Assembly (NCBI RefSeq): GCF_044704955.1
Contig: NC_091984.1
Location: 147,746,001 to 147,810,000, forward strand
Reading direction: 5' to 3'
DNA length: 64,000 bases
From: Pristiophorus japonicus
Taxonomy: Eukaryota
Shown here: one piece after another, positions 61,559 to 64,000 of the stretch
How positions within the stretch are numbered: position 1 is the stretch's first letter
How the letters are laid out: each line of letters begins with the position of its first letter
The notes under the pieces: generated by a model
Told to the model about the DNA's origin: nothing
The model's input: only the letters and a program-made list of their open reading frames with translations
Database searches by the model: none
Translations under genes and position numbers: made by a program

Positions 61559-64000
61559 AGCCCACCCTGGCCCCTCTCCTCGCACTAATACAACAGAGGG
61601 GAGATGGGCTATATATAACTGTGAGGGTGGGCGATAAGGATGTGGACTGTCTTTTAGACACAGGGGCGGAATTAACATGCTTACCCCGACGATATGGAGA
61701 CTTTTTGCCGTTGGATGGTAGGGCACGTACAGCCTATGGAGTTGGAGGCCATAAAATGGAAATTAAAAGGACAACACCGGTACTTAAAGGGCTGGGTCCA
61801 CATGAACTAACCACGCTGGTCTGTATAGGCCCAGTAGATCAACCCCTTTTGGGAATGGACATTCAAATCCAAATAGATTCATCGTTGCATTTTGAGGATG
61901 GTCGGGTGACATGGTCAATTAGAACTTTGAAGAAAGAAGAATTGAAGGAACACCCGATATGGGCTAAAGATAAGAACGATTGTGGCCTACTCCAGATGGA
62001 GCCTGCGTCATTTACCGGGACCAAGCCTCCATGCACTAAACAGTATCCCATCAGTCCAACTGCCATCGCGGGAATCTTACCGGTTATTCAGCAATTGGAG
62101 AAACAAGGGGTGCTTATTAAAATGCATAGCTCCTCCAATAGCTCCATGTGGCCGATACAGAAATCTAATGAGACTTGGCGTTTGACTGTCGATTATAGGA
62201 AAACTAACCAGTGTATTGATCAAAAAGCTCCTTTGGTTGCAGATCCCTCCACCATTTTTAATGACCTCAAACCGGAACATAAATATTTCTCGGTTATAGA
62301 TATGGCCAACGGATTTTGGTCGGTGCCTCTGGCACCGGAGGTTCGACAGTGGTTTGCTTTCACGGTCCAAGGACAACAGTATACTTGGACCCAGTTACCG
62401 CAGGGTTTCCACAACAGCCCTACGGTATTCCACATGGCTTTACAAAGCCATTTGCGAGAATTACCTCCCCTGTCATCCACAGTCATCCAATATGTAGATG
62501 ATATCCTGCTAGCTTCAAACACGGAAGACCAGCATGAACAAGATTTACGAGCTTTGCTGGACCACCTTCGGCTGAAAGGACATAAAGCCAGCATCGACAA
62601 AGCACAAATATCCCAAGAAGAGATTGTATACCTGGGACAAAAGATTTCACAAGGAAAGAGAGAACTTACCCGGGATAGAACTGCAGCCAATTGGGCTGCT
62701 ATAAAACCCACCACTATTCAGCAACTAAGGTCTTTTTTGGGATTGTGTAACTTTAACAGAAATTGGAGTGACTCCTTCACACAGCTTGCTCAGTCACTGA
62801 ATGATATTTTAAAGGGGAAACGTGCCTCTAAAGAAGCCATCACCCTCACTAAGGAACAGCAAGAGGCCTTCCTGAGTTTGAAAAAGGCTTTGTGTTCAGC
62901 ACCGGCTCTAGGAATCCCTGACAGTGGTAAGCCATTTGTCCTCTTTGTCCATGACAAAGAAGGATATATGACAGCGAAACTGACACAAGCACATGGGGAT
63001 CGGCAAAGACCTATTGGCTATTATTCGGCAAAACTGGATGCGGTATCCCTTGGATGGGGAAGTTGCCTAAGGGCTATGGTAGCTACATGTCGAACGGTAA
63101 TGATCACTGTGGGTCTAGTCCTCGACCAAAAGCTGATTGTCAAGTGTCCCCACAATGTACATGCTTTGCTGTCTATGAATAGAATGTCTCAGGTGACGGC
63201 AGCTAGATGGACCCGCTGGACAACAGTTTTGGAAGCTCCAAATCTCCATATCGTCCGGGCCAGCCCGGTTAATCCCGCAACTATGCTCCCGATGCCAGAA
63301 TCGAGGGAGCAAGAGGGGGGAGAATGTGAAGAGCATGACTGCGTGGAGATTTGAAAAGAAACAGAAGAAGCAGCCTTAGCAGCAGAGGAGCCTCTACACA
63401 ACCCAGACCTCATCCTGTTTACAGATGGTTCTTCCTTTGTTGACAATGGTACCAGAAAAGCAGGATGGGCAGTTACAACCTTATATGAGGTAGTGGCAAA
63501 AGGATGTTTACCCTCAGGAACGTCAGCACAACAGGCCGAGTTAAGGGCCCTGTCAGAAGCATGTCGAATAGCAGAAGGACAGACAGCTAATGTCGACACA
63601 GATTCACGTTATGCTTTTGGAGTCGTTCACGACTTTGGTCTGTTATGGCGGAAAAGAGGATTCCTCACTGCTGCTGGTACACCTATCCGAAATGGAAAAG
63701 AAGTCCGAGACTTACTGGAGGCCATACAATTACCTCAGGAAGTGTCCATCCTGAAGTGTAAGGCCCATACAAAGGAAAATACCACAGAAGCTCAGGGAAA
63801 TGCCCGAGCCGACCAGGCAGCTAAAGATGCCGCCTCACAGGGCGTTCCTCCAGAAGAACCAACACAGATGTGCAGATTGAAAGCACTCAGGACTCTGACA
63901 CGAGACATTCAAACAATGCAAGGCGAGCGCTCCCGAGAGGAAAAATGGACTGGATTGAGGCAGGAATTAAGCTATGTGAAGATGGTGTCTGATGACAAAG
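61552..64000 (+). pseudogene. pol: ERV pro-pol (protease, RT, connection, RNase H); in-frame TGA 63352; runs off the window
   Basis: LLDTGA; LPQGFHNSP; QYVDD; SAPALGIPD connection domain; LFTDGSS, SAQQAEL, DSRYAFG, GNARAD in the same frame after the stop. Confidence 0.95.

Noticed and set aside
1-64000. Species assignment
   Set aside because: Ig organisation and repeat families indicate a cartilaginous fish, but the species cannot be established without a database search

Overview
Repeat-dense vertebrate genomic DNA, almost certainly from a cartilaginous fish (shark). The one clearly intact gene is an unrearranged kappa-type (shark type III/NS4-like) immunoglobulin light-chain cluster on the + strand: promoter, leader (17098-17146), V with 12-RSS (17334-17666), 23-RSS plus a single J (19119-19192), an 11.1-kb intron and C (30314-30642), all splicing in frame. 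Remnants of other copies of the same cluster unit surround it. An inverted 'ghost' (about 49560-55610) keeps the 5' flank and part of the J-C intron but has lost promoter, L, V, J and C. A direct copy of the J-C intron lies 3' of C (about 34200-40430). A third copy of the 5' flank sits at the window start and points out of the window. Non-coding blocks kept in several copies carry B-cell-type motifs (a perfect Ets-IRF composite element, E-boxes, RUNX) and nuclear-receptor elements, and the intron holds a switch-region-like 45-bp palindromic minisatellite. The rest is nested, decayed CR1, Tx1-like, RTE and L2 LINEs, Deu-type SINEs and Harbinger fragments. The window ends in a defective class-I-like endogenous retrovirus (5' LTR, tRNA-Ser PBS, gag, pro-RT-RNase H) with a -1 frameshift signal. 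Repeat boundaries were read by eye and are approximate.
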